Shown here: piece after piece, positions 1 to 7,867 of the stretch
Layout of the letters: each line of letters begins with the position of its first letter
Position numbering within the stretch: the first letter of the stretch is position 1
Assembly (NCBI GenBank): GCA_964453345.1
Contig: CAYVOC010000029.1
Span: forward strand, 1 to 16,762
Source: an uncultured Aquificales bacterium
GTDB lineage: Bacteria; Thermosulfidibacterota; Thermosulfidibacteria; Thermosulfidibacterales; Thermosulfidibacteraceae
Reading direction: 5' to 3'
DNA length: 16,762 bases
Notes under the pieces: generated by a model
Told to the model about the DNA's origin: nothing
Database searches by the model: none
The model's input: only the letters and a program-made list of their open reading frames with translations
Made by a program: the position numbers and the translations under genes

Positions 1-6
1 CCCCTC

Positions 7-35
7 TTGACAAGGTGGCTTTTGGGGATTAGATA
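7..35 (+). promoter_or_regulatory. putative sigma70 promoter for the tRNA-Leu/tRNA-Pro/surE transcript
   Basis: Perfect TTGACA at 7-12, 17-nt spacer, then an imperfect -10 (TAGATA, 30-35), 14 nt upstream of tRNA-Leu. Confidence 0.55.
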
Positions 36-49
36 TGTTTTCGGCAAGT

Positions 50-137
50 GCCGGAGTGGCGGAACTGGAAGACGCGCTGTCTTGAGGGGACAGTGGGCCT
101 TGTGCCCGTGCGGGTTCAAATCCCGCCTCCGGCACCA
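50..137 (+). tRNA. tRNA-Leu(GAG)
   Basis: Acceptor stem GCCGGAG/CTCCGGC plus ACCA; anticodon arm CTGTC-TTGAGGG-GACAG; long variable arm GGGC-CTTGT-GCCC; T arm GCGGG-TTCAAAT-CCCGC. Confidence 0.97.
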
Positions 138-153
138 TTTATTTTTTGCTTTT

Positions 154-230
154 CGGGGCGTAGCTCAGCCTGGTAGAGCACTGGCATGGGGGGCCAGTGG
201 TCGCCCGTTCAAATCGGGTCGCCCCGACCA
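154..230 (+). tRNA. tRNA-Pro(GGG)
   Basis: CGGGGCG/CGCCCCG plus ACCA; D arm GCTC/GAGC; anticodon arm CTGGC-ATGGGGG-GCCAG; T arm GCCCG-TTCAAAT-CGGGT; 77 nt. Confidence 0.97.
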
Positions 231-253
231 TTCCCTCCTTAAAAAGGTGGTTT

Positions 254-1021
254 ATGGTCGTTCTCCTTTCCAACGATGATGGGGTTTTCGCCACAGGTAT
301 CAATGTCCTTCGCAAGTTTCTTTCCGAGATAGCAGAGGTCTGGGTAGTTGCTCCTGATAGAGAAAAGAGCGCTGCGAGCCACTCGCTTACCCTGCACAGG
401 CCCCTTCGGGTCAAGAAGATTGAGGAGAGGGTATTTGCGGTGGATGGGACTCCCACCGATGCGGTTATTCTCGGGGTGAATAAGATTTTGCCCGTTGCCC
501 CTGATATAGTTGTGTCCGGTATAAATGAGGGACCTAATCTGGGGGATGATGTGACCTACTCGGGAACCGTTGCGGCTGCCATGGAGGGGAGGATTTTAGG
601 GTATCCTTCGGTTGCCTTTTCCTTGGCTGTGGGGGAGTATAAAAATTTCGGTGCTGCGGCGAGGGTGGCCGTTGGTGTGGTGAAGTGGATCCTTGAGCAC
701 GGCCTTCCCGATGGGGTGCTTCTCAATGTGAATGTGCCCGATGTGAGGGACTTTTCCCAGATAAGGGGCGTGCGCTGGACCAGACAGGGCAAAAGAATTT
801 ATACAGATTATATTTATGAATTGAGGGACCCGAGGGGCAATGTTTATTACTGGATAGGCGGTTTTCCCGTTGATGATGATCCCCTTCTGGGAAACGGTGA
901 GGATACAGATATTTACGCTGTGAAAAGCGGATATGTTTCGGTTACCCCCATTAAGCTTGAGCTTACGGATTTTGAGTTTCTTGAGAAGGTCAGAGACAGG
1001 GAGATCCCAATTGGTGAGTGA
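254..1021 (+). CDS. surE: 5'/3'-nucleotidase SurE
   Basis: Motifs [49 protein letters not shown] and VSVTP. Start moved to ATG 254, which has SD AAGGTGG at 244-250; the ORF-track start lies inside the tRNA. Confidence 0.96.
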   Translation: MVVLLSNDDGVFATGINVLRKFLSEIAEVWVVAPDREKSAASHSLTLHRPLRVKKIEERVFAVDGTPTDAVILGVNKILPVAPDIVVSGINEGPNLGDDVTYSGTVAAAMEGRILGYPSVAFSLAVGEYKNFGAAARVAVGVVKWILEHGLPDGVLLNVNVPDVRDFSQIRGVRWTRQGKRIYTDYIYELRDPRGNVYYWIGGFPVDDDPLLGNGEDTDIYAVKSGYVSVTPIKLELTDFEFLEKVRDREIPIGE

Positions 1022-1658
1022 TTTTGATCTTCAGAGGAAAAGGCTGGTTGATGGTATAAGGTTACGGGGGATAAGGGACGAAAGGGTTCTTTCGGCGCTT
1101 CTTAAGGTTCCCAGGCATCTTTTCGTTCCTGAGGAGCTGAGGGATAGGGCCTATGTGGATGCTCCCCTTCCCATTGGCGAGGGGCAGACCATCTCCCAGC
1201 CCTATATCGTTGCTCTTATGACCGAGGCCCTTGAGCTTGATGAGAACAGCAGGGTGCTGGAGATAGGAACGGGTTCGGGCTATCAGGCGGCTATTCTGGC
1301 GGAGATAGCTAAGGAAGTTTATACTGTGGAGCGCATACCGGCTCTGCTCGAGAGGGCAAAGAGGATACTTGAGGCCTTGGGGTATGATAATATTTATTTT
1401 AAGCTCGGAGATGGGACCCTTGGCTGGGAGGAGCATGCTCCATACGATGCCATTATTGTCACAGCCGGTGCTCCTGAGGTGCCTGAGCCTCTCGTGGAGC
1501 AGTTGAAGGTGGGCGGGAGGATGGTGATACCGGTGGGGGACGAGTTCTCCCAGAGGTTGCTTAGGGTGACAAAGCTTGACTCTTCGGGAAAAGTTAAGAT
1601 AGAAGATCTTGGTGGTTGCGTTTTTGTTAAGCTGAAGGGCAAGCATGGATGGAGATAG
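1014..1658 (+). CDS. pcm: protein-L-isoaspartate O-methyltransferase
   Basis: Motifs [49 protein letters not shown] and [13 protein letters not shown]; canonical surE-pcm order. Start taken as GTG 1014 after GGGAG. Confidence 0.96.
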   Translation: MSDFDLQRKRLVDGIRLRGIRDERVLSALLKVPRHLFVPEELRDRAYVDAPLPIGEGQTISQPYIVALMTEALELDENSRVLEIGTGSGYQAAILAEIAKEVYTVERIPALLERAKRILEALGYDNIYFKLGDGTLGWEEHAPYDAIIVTAGAPEVPEPLVEQLKVGGRMVIPVGDEFSQRLLRVTKLDSSGKVKIEDLGGCVFVKLKGKHGWR

Positions 1659-2181
1659 ACGGGGCGTAGCGCAGCCTGGTAGCGCACCAGCTTCGGGAGC
1701 TGGGGGTCGCCGGTTCGAATCCGGCCGCCCCGACCATGTTGTGGGCGTTATAGGAGCTTCTAAAGCCACCTCCCGGGATCTTGAGAATGCCTATCTTCTC
1801 GGTAGGTTGCTTGCATCCGAGGGTTTTCTTGTGGTCTGTGGCGGGCTTGGTGGGGTTATGGAGGCGGTTGCCAAGGGGGTGAGGGAGGGGGGCGGTGTCT
1901 GCGTTGGGGTTCTTCCCGGATACAGCAGACACGAGGCCAACCCCTACGTTAGCATAGCCTTGGCCACGGGTATGGGTCATGCGCGCAATGTGATAATTGC
2001 GGCGTCCTCTGATGCGTTGGTGGCCGTGGGCGGTGAATACGGGACCCTGTCTGAAATAGCCTTTGCTCTTAAGATGGGGAAGCCGGTGGTTTCCCTTTTC
2101 AGCTGGGATATACCCGGCGTTGTCAGGGTTTCGACTCCCGAGGAGGCTCTTTCCGTTGTGAGGGAGGTCCTTGGTTGCTGA
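1645..2181 (+). CDS. LOG-family (TIGR00725-like) Rossmann-fold nucleotide-binding protein; start uncertain (ATG 1645 or GTG 1741)
   Basis: Motifs [57 protein letters not shown]. Codons 6-31 overlap tRNA-Pro(CGG). Confidence 0.88.
   Translation: MDGDRRGVAQPGSAPASGAGGRRFESGRPDHVVGVIGASKATSRDLENAYLLGRLLASEGFLVVCGGLGGVMEAVAKGVREGGGVCVGVLPGYSRHEANPYVSIALATGMGHARNVIIAASSDALVAVGGEYGTLSEIAFALKMGKPVVSLFSWDIPGVVRVSTPEEALSVVREVLGC
1660..1736 (+). tRNA. tRNA-Pro(CGG)
   Basis: CGGGGCG/CGCCCCG plus ACCA; D arm GCGC/GCGC; anticodon arm CCAGC-TTCGGGA-GCTGG; T arm GCCGG-TTCGAAT-CCGGC. All stems pair perfectly; 77 nt. Confidence 0.97.
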
Positions 2182-2987
2182 GGATCTCTGCGGTATCCCT
2201 TCTGGTTCTGTTTTTGTTCGGTTCCTCCTGGGCGAGGTATTGCGTTTACAGGGTAAAGAGGGGGGATACCCTCTACGGCATAGCCAAGGCTTCGGGAATC
2301 AGGGTCTCTGAGCTGATCAAGGTAAACAGGTTGAGGCGTCCTGATAGGCTGAGGGTGGGGCAGAGGCTTCTTGTGCCGTGCAGGGCCCTGGAGGATCTGG
2401 GTAATTACTGTTCTTATAGGGTCAGGCCAGGGGATTCGGTTATAAGGCTCTCTCTCAAGTTCGGGGTGCCCGTGAAGGAGATTCTTGAGGTTAACAACCT
2501 CAGGCTTGATAGCGTCTTGCGGGTGGGGCAGATTTTGATGCTTCCCTGTGACAGCCTTATGGACTGGAAGATTCTGGGCAGGGTCAAGCTCACGGACAGG
2601 GAGGCCATTTTGCCCTCCAGGTTCAGGCTGGGGAGGGTGAGCTTCTCTTCCCCCTTGGGATTGCAGGTCAGGGTTGCGGTGGTTGGGAAAAGGGTGGATA
2701 TACCTGTCTCAAGGGGAAACAGAATCGTAGCTGCGGCCACGGGCAGGGTTATCTATGTGGAAAGGTCCATTCATTCCATGGGAACCCTTGTTTTGTTGAA
2801 ACATAGAATGGGATACTATACAGTATACGCCGGCAAGGGCATCTCGTGGAGGGCGAGGGAGGGGCAGTATGTGCAGAGGGGATGGGTTATGGGATACGCC
2901 CTTGAGGATACCGTGCTGAGATTTGAGATCATGAAGAAGGGGAGGATTATTCCTCCGGAAAGGTATGTCAGGGAGGTTGCGAGGTGA
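2175..2987 (+). CDS. secreted 2xLysM + degenerate M23/LytM protein (NlpD-like)
   Basis: Signal peptide ending SWA; two LysM repeats (YRVKRGDTLYGIA..LRVGQRLLVP and YRVRPGDS..LRVGQILMLP); M23-like C-terminus (VDI, IVAAATGRVIY, LLKH..GYYTVYA, GQYVQRG, FEI). TTG start after GGAGG; surE-pcm-nlpD context. Confidence 0.85.
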   Translation: MLRISAVSLLVLFLFGSSWARYCVYRVKRGDTLYGIAKASGIRVSELIKVNRLRRPDRLRVGQRLLVPCRALEDLGNYCSYRVRPGDSVIRLSLKFGVPVKEILEVNNLRLDSVLRVGQILMLPCDSLMDWKILGRVKLTDREAILPSRFRLGRVSFSSPLGLQVRVAVVGKRVDIPVSRGNRIVAAATGRVIYVERSIHSMGTLVLLKHRMGYYTVYAGKGISWRAREGQYVQRGWVMGYALEDTVLRFEIMKKGRIIPPERYVREVAR

Positions 2988-4288
2988 AGATAGCGGTTAT
3001 AGGCGCCGGTTATGTGGGGCTTGTTACGGCGGCATGCTTTGCCGAGTTCGGGAACGAGGTTGTTTGCGTGGATAAGGTTAAGGAGAAGGTGGAGATGCTT
3101 TCCGAGGGGAAAATCCCCTTCTATGAGCCGGGGCTTGAGGAGCTTGTTAAGAGGAATCTGGGTGAGGAGAGGCTCTTTTTCACCCAGGATATAGATTCGG
3201 CCATAAGGGATTCTCTTGTGATCTTCATTGCCGTGGGGACCCCTCCCAGGGGCGATGGATCCGCCGATCTCACCTATGTTGAGGAGGTGGCCAACAAGAT
3301 TGCGGAGAATCTCAACGAATACAAGGTGATAGTGACCAAAAGCACCGTTCCTGTGGGGACGGGATACTGGATAAAGGAGATCATAGAGAGGAATAAGAAG
3401 AGCAATGTTAGCTTTGATGTTGCCTCCAATCCGGAGTTTTTGAGGGAGGGGTCGGCTGTATATGATTTCATGCATCCGGACAGGGTGGTGATAGGAACCG
3501 AGAGCGATTCTGCAAGGGCGATTTTGAGGGATCTCTACAGACCCCTGTATCTCAGGGATACCCCCTTCGTCTTTACCGACATAAAGACGGCGGAGCTTAT
3601 AAAGTATGCTTCCAATTCCTATCTTGCCATGCGCATCTCCTTTATAAACGAGATGGCGATTTTGTGTGATAAGGTGGGGGCCGATGTGCATGTTGTGGCC
3701 AAGGCCATGGGGCTTGACGGCAGGATAGGGCCTAAGTTTCTGCATCCCGGTCCCGGCTTTGGCGGTTCCTGTTTTCCCAAGGACACCAAGGCGCTGCTGA
3801 AGATAGCGGAGAATTACGGGCACGATTTCAAGCTGGTGAAGGCCACCGTTGAGGTGAACGAGAGGCAGAAGGAGTATGCCTTTTTGAAGGTGAAGGAGAT
3901 GCTCGGCGGAGTTGAGGGCAAGACCGTTGCCGTGCTTGGCCTTTCCTTTAAGCCCAATACCGATGATATAAGGGAGGCGCCCTCTCTTCATATAATAGGC
4001 AGGCTGCTTGAGGAAGGGGCGAAGGTGAGGGTCTATGATCCTGCGGCCATGGAGAATGTGAGAAGGGTTTACGGCGACAGGCTCTTTTACGCCAAGAATG
4101 CCTATGATGCGGCTGAAGGTGCCGAGGCGGTTGTGGTGGTTACCGAGTGGAATCAGTTCAGAAACATGAACCTGGATAAGCTTAAAGGTAAAATGAAGGG
4201 CGATGTGCTTGTGGATTTGAGGAACATATTTGAGCCTGAAAAGGCCAAGGCTTTGGGGTTCAAGTATACGGGTATGGGGAGGAGGTAG
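2984..4288 (+). CDS. ugd: UDP-glucose 6-dehydrogenase
   Basis: Motifs IAVIGAGYVGL, FYEPGL, AVGTP, KSTVPVGT, SNPEFLREG, AELIKYASN, GFGGSCFPKD (catalytic Cys) and LSFKPNTDDIREAP. Confidence 0.95.
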   Translation: MKIAVIGAGYVGLVTAACFAEFGNEVVCVDKVKEKVEMLSEGKIPFYEPGLEELVKRNLGEERLFFTQDIDSAIRDSLVIFIAVGTPPRGDGSADLTYVEEVANKIAENLNEYKVIVTKSTVPVGTGYWIKEIIERNKKSNVSFDVASNPEFLREGSAVYDFMHPDRVVIGTESDSARAILRDLYRPLYLRDTPFVFTDIKTAELIKYASNSYLAMRISFINEMAILCDKVGADVHVVAKAMGLDGRIGPKFLHPGPGFGGSCFPKDTKALLKIAENYGHDFKLVKATVEVNERQKEYAFLKVKEMLGGVEGKTVAVLGLSFKPNTDDIREAPSLHIIGRLLEEGAKVRVYDPAAMENVRRVYGDRLFYAKNAYDAAEGAEAVVVVTEWNQFRNMNLDKLKGKMKGDVLVDLRNIFEPEKAKALGFKYTGMGRR

Positions 4289-4585
4289 ATGTTCATCTTT
4301 TCTCAGTTTATTTACGCTTTGGCCACCATCCTGGATGTGGTTTTAAGGCTGTATGTGTGGATAATCATTATCAGGGCCATTATCTCCTGGGTCAATCCGG
4401 ATCCCTACAACCCCATAGTTCAGTTCTTATACAGGGTGACGGAGCCCGTTTTGAGGCCCATTAGAAGAATTCTTCCGCCCATGGGAGGTATAGACTTTTC
4501 ACCTGTGGTTGCCCTTTTGCTTATATACTTTCTTCAGCTCTGGCTGGTTCCCGTTTTATACAGGCTGGCCTGGAGTATGAGATGA
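4289..4585 (+). CDS. yggT: YggT family membrane protein
   Basis: IIRAIISWVNPDPYNPIVQFLYRVTEPVLRPIRRILPPMGGIDFSP signature. Confidence 0.95.
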   Translation: MFIFSQFIYALATILDVVLRLYVWIIIIRAIISWVNPDPYNPIVQFLYRVTEPVLRPIRRILPPMGGIDFSPVVALLLIYFLQLWLVPVLYRLAWSMR

Positions 4586-4860
4586 TAGAGGAGAGGTCTG
4601 GTAAGCTGTTTATTACCTTGAGGGTTCAGCCCAAGGCCTCCAGAAACGCTCACAAGGTTAAGGACGGGGTTTTGAAGGTGTGGCTGACGGCTCCTCCCGT
4701 TGAGGGAAGGGCCAACGCTGCTCTTGTGGAGTATCTCTCAAAGGTTCTTGGGGTTCCCAAATCTTCCCTTTCTATTGTGAGGGGTGAAAGGGGTAGAGAC
4801 AAGGTTGTGGCGGTTGAGGGGATCAGTCTTGAGGATGCCAAGGAGAGGCTGGGATGCTGA
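4582..4860 (+). CDS. yggU: DUF167/YggU (UPF0235) family protein
   Basis: Motifs [38 protein letters not shown] and [10 protein letters not shown]; follows yggT. Confidence 0.93.
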   Translation: MIEERSGKLFITLRVQPKASRNAHKVKDGVLKVWLTAPPVEGRANAALVEYLSKVLGVPKSSLSIVRGERGRDKVVAVEGISLEDAKERLGC

Positions 4861-5888
4861 AGCCCGTGTATCTCAGGGATGACGATGTTCTTGTTATGCT
4901 GGATCAGAGGAAGCTGCCGCTGGAGGAGGTTTGGCTTGAGATCACTTCCGCTGAGGAGGTGGCGGAGGCTATAAGGACCCTTGCGGTCAGGGGGGCACCT
5001 GCGATAGGAATCGCTGCCGCCTATGGGTTTTATTTGGGTATAAAGGATTTTGCGGATGCAGACAGAAATGCCTTTGAAAAGAGGTGCCATGAGGTTGAGC
5101 GCCTCCTTGCCTCCACCAGGCCCACGGCGGTCAATCTGTTTTACGCGTTAAAAAGGGTTAGAGCCGCTTCTAAGGATCCTCTGCTTCCGGTTCACAAGCT
5201 GGTTAAAAGGGTCAGGGCTGAGGCCATAAGGATACAGGAGGAGGATCTTGAGGCGTGCCTGTCCATGGCGGAGAAGGGGGCGTCCCTGCTCGAGGGAAGG
5301 CTCAAAATTTTGACCCATTGCAACGCCGGAGCCATCGCCACCGCCGGCTACGGAACGGCCCTTGGCGTTGTGAGGAAGGCCCATGAGCAGGGCAAGGTTG
5401 AGCTTGTCTGGGTGGATGAGACGAGGCCTCTGCTTCAGGGGGCGAGGCTTACCGCCTGGGAGCTGGAGAAGGAGGGAATTCCCTATAAGGTGATCTGCGA
5501 TAATATGGCGGGTTATCTAATGGCAAAGGGGCTGGTGGATCTTGTGATAGTTGGGGCGGACAGGATCACCTCAAGGGGTGATGTGGCAAATAAAATAGGG
5601 ACCTACAGCCTTGCGGTTCTGGCCAAGCATCACGGTATTCCCTTTATGGTGGTTGCACCCACGTCAACCATTGATCTTTCTCTGGATAGTGGGGATCAGA
5701 TACCCATAGAGGAGAGGGATCAGAGGGAGGTTCTTTTCTGCAGAGGCGAGAGGATCACCCCTAAAGGGGCCTCTGCCTTTAATCCTGCCTTTGACGTTAC
5801 CCCCGCCGATCTTGTAACCTGGATAGTGACGGAGAGGGGAGTGGCCCGAAGACCCTTCTGCCAGGATTTTGAGAGGTTTTTTAAGTGA
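4854..5888 (+). CDS. mtnA: S-methyl-5-thioribose-1-phosphate isomerase (eIF-2B-related)
   Basis: Motifs [73 protein letters not shown] and NPAFDVTP. Confidence 0.95.
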   Translation: MLKPVYLRDDDVLVMLDQRKLPLEEVWLEITSAEEVAEAIRTLAVRGAPAIGIAAAYGFYLGIKDFADADRNAFEKRCHEVERLLASTRPTAVNLFYALKRVRAASKDPLLPVHKLVKRVRAEAIRIQEEDLEACLSMAEKGASLLEGRLKILTHCNAGAIATAGYGTALGVVRKAHEQGKVELVWVDETRPLLQGARLTAWELEKEGIPYKVICDNMAGYLMAKGLVDLVIVGADRITSRGDVANKIGTYSLAVLAKHHGIPFMVVAPTSTIDLSLDSGDQIPIEERDQREVLFCRGERITPKGASAFNPAFDVTPADLVTWIVTERGVARRPFCQDFERFFK

Positions 5889-6959
5889 ATGTATGTTAAG
5901 TGCAAAAGGTGTGGGACCCGGTATTTCATCAAGGACGAGCTGGTAGGTGAGAAGGGTGTAAGGGTAAAGTGTGCAAAGTGCGGCACGGTTTTTATAGTCA
6001 GAAAGCGCAGATGGAGAAACTGGAGGCTCAGGCAGAGGGAGGCTGAACCCTCAGAAGAGCCTAAGCTCAATCCCGAGGCCCTTCAGGAGTTGGTTAGAGA
6101 ACCCGGATTCTGGGAGCAGTTCAGGCATTCATCTGTTCTTCTCAAGCTGGGCCTTATCCTGTGGCTTGGTGTTGTGGCCTTCCTTATGGGGATGTCGGTT
6201 TACAGGTATCTCAGGGTTCAGGATTACCAGAGGGAGATATACGCTGCCGTGTGCCTGAAATACGGTTATCTTAAGGACGCCATAAGGGAGCTTGAGGCTC
6301 TTGTTGAGAAGCATCCACAGAGCCTTGTATGCAATTTTCTGCTTGCAGAGGCATACAGAATCCTCGGGGACAAAAGGGCTAAGTTGTATTACGAAAGAAG
6401 CGCCGGGCTTGTGGATAATCCGGGAATCAGGGGCTCCCTTCTTGTGAGGGCGGGCAGATCCTCTGAGGGGGTTTTTGACCTTGAAGATTATCTCATCGTT
6501 GCCGAGGACGCTGCGGCTGCCTCCAACGATCTCGGTTTAGGGTATCTGGATATAGGCGATGTCGAAAGGGGATTGAAATACCTTTCGAATGCGGCGGCTT
6601 CCTATCCATATACCAGTCTCTTTAACAGGGTGGTCTATGCTCTAAAGAAAAATAGGCCTTCTGCTTCTAAGCTGGTGGAGGAACTTTACTCCAGTTATCC
6701 ATCCCAGGTGGAAGTTCTGATAAACATGGCCTACTATTACATAAAGAGCGGGCGGTATGCCAAAGCCCTTCAGCTTCTTATGATGGCTAAGGGCGAGCAC
6801 AGGTATAAACCCGTGGTTGAGCACAACATAAGGGTTGTTTACAGGCTTATGGGGGATGAGAGATACAGGGCCTATCTCGAGCGGGATATGATAAGGGACG
6901 ATGAACCCCACATGGTGGGATTTAGATTTCTGCTTAACCCACGGGTGGAGTTTGAGTGA
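5889..6959 (+). CDS. MJ0042-type zinc-ribbon / single TM / TPR-like repeat protein
   Basis: N-terminal CKRC..Y..VKCAKCGTVF (two CxxC); hydrophobic helix LLKLGLILWLGVVAFLMGMSVY; TPR-like helices (LLAEAYRILGD, NDLGLGYLDIGD, INMAYYYIKSGRYAKA). Confidence 0.8.
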   Translation: MYVKCKRCGTRYFIKDELVGEKGVRVKCAKCGTVFIVRKRRWRNWRLRQREAEPSEEPKLNPEALQELVREPGFWEQFRHSSVLLKLGLILWLGVVAFLMGMSVYRYLRVQDYQREIYAAVCLKYGYLKDAIRELEALVEKHPQSLVCNFLLAEAYRILGDKRAKLYYERSAGLVDNPGIRGSLLVRAGRSSEGVFDLEDYLIVAEDAAAASNDLGLGYLDIGDVERGLKYLSNAAASYPYTSLFNRVVYALKKNRPSASKLVEELYSSYPSQVEVLINMAYYYIKSGRYAKALQLLMMAKGEHRYKPVVEHNIRVVYRLMGDERYRAYLERDMIRDDEPHMVGFRFLLNPRVEFE

Positions 6960-7867
6960 TGAGGGTTTTAGGGCTGGATGTGGGAGGCACGAGGATAAAG
7001 GCGGGAATCGTTGATCCTGATGGTCGTCTTTTGGATAGTGAGATAGTCGATACCCGGGCCTCTGAGGGCAGGGATAGGGTTTTGAAGAGTATGGAGTCTC
7101 TTATCAACCGGGCCATTGAGAAGCACCGTATCTGTGCGGTGGGCATGGCCGTCGCTTCTCCCATGGATCCTGAGAGGGGAATACTCTACTATCCTCCGAA
7201 CCTTCCGGGTTTTGGCCTTTTTGATCTTGGCTCATACATGAGGGAGAGGATCAGTGTCCCTGTGGTCTTTGAAAACGATGCCAACGCCTATGTGCTTGGT
7301 GAGTGGTGGAAGGGAGCAGGCACCGGTGCGAGGGTGCTTTTGGGGATAACCCTGGGAACCGGTATAGGTGGTGGGCTTGTGGTGGACGGAAGGGTGTGGC
7401 ACGGAGCCCACGGGCTTGGAGCGGAGTTCGGTCACATAGTTGTTCTGCCTGATGGCCCTGAGTGCAACTGCGGTAATAGAGGCTGTTTTGAGGCTGTGGC
7501 ATCGAGCAGGTTCTTGATGGAGCTGTATGAGAGGCTTTCGGGCGAAAGATTAACCCCTGCTGGGATTGCCGAGAGGGCTAAAAGGGATGATGCGGCTGCC
7601 GTGCAGGCCTTTTCCCTTTTGGCTAAGAATGTGGCCATAGGCCTTGCCAGTTTGACAAATGCCTTGGATCCGGATGTGGTGGTGGTTGGGGGTGGACTGG
7701 TTAACGCCGGCGTGGTATTAACAAAGAAAATAGAAATGCACTTTTATCCTCTGTTGCTTCCGGGATTGAGGGATAGGGTTAGGCTTGAGTTTGCGAAACT
7801 TGGGGATTTTGCTGCGGTTTATGGTGCAGCATACCTTGCCATAAAAACTGTGGGAGGTGATAGATGA
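6959..7867 (+). CDS. ROK family sugar kinase (probable glucokinase)
   Basis: Motifs GLDVGGT, ENDANA, TLGTGIGGG, EFGH and the CNCGNRGCFE zinc motif; no N-terminal HTH. Start is ATG 6959 or GTG 6956. Confidence 0.92.
   Translation: MRVLGLDVGGTRIKAGIVDPDGRLLDSEIVDTRASEGRDRVLKSMESLINRAIEKHRICAVGMAVASPMDPERGILYYPPNLPGFGLFDLGSYMRERISVPVVFENDANAYVLGEWWKGAGTGARVLLGITLGTGIGGGLVVDGRVWHGAHGLGAEFGHIVVLPDGPECNCGNRGCFEAVASSRFLMELYERLSGERLTPAGIAERAKRDDAAAVQAFSLLAKNVAIGLASLTNALDPDVVVVGGGLVNAGVVLTKKIEMHFYPLLLPGLRDRVRLEFAKLGDFAAVYGAAYLAIKTVGGDR

Noticed and set aside
7-279. 90-aa ORF across tRNA-Leu and tRNA-Pro(GGG), and the 197-253 extension of surE
   Set aside because: Its TTG start is the -35 box and it has no recognisable protein domain. 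surE has its own ATG and SD at 254.
154-1736. Two similar tRNA-Pro sequences flanking surE-pcm as possible attL/attR sites
   Set aside because: Both are full-length tRNAs with different anticodons, the cargo is housekeeping, and there is no integrase.
2816-3991. 391-aa antisense ORF
   Set aside because: Shadow of ugd, with no motifs.
2576-7073. KOPS-like GGGNAGGG octamers (2576, 2741, 4704, 7066) upstream of ftsK
   Set aside because: Reverse copies also occur (1165, 10163) and the + strand is G-rich. Significance needs genome-wide statistics.
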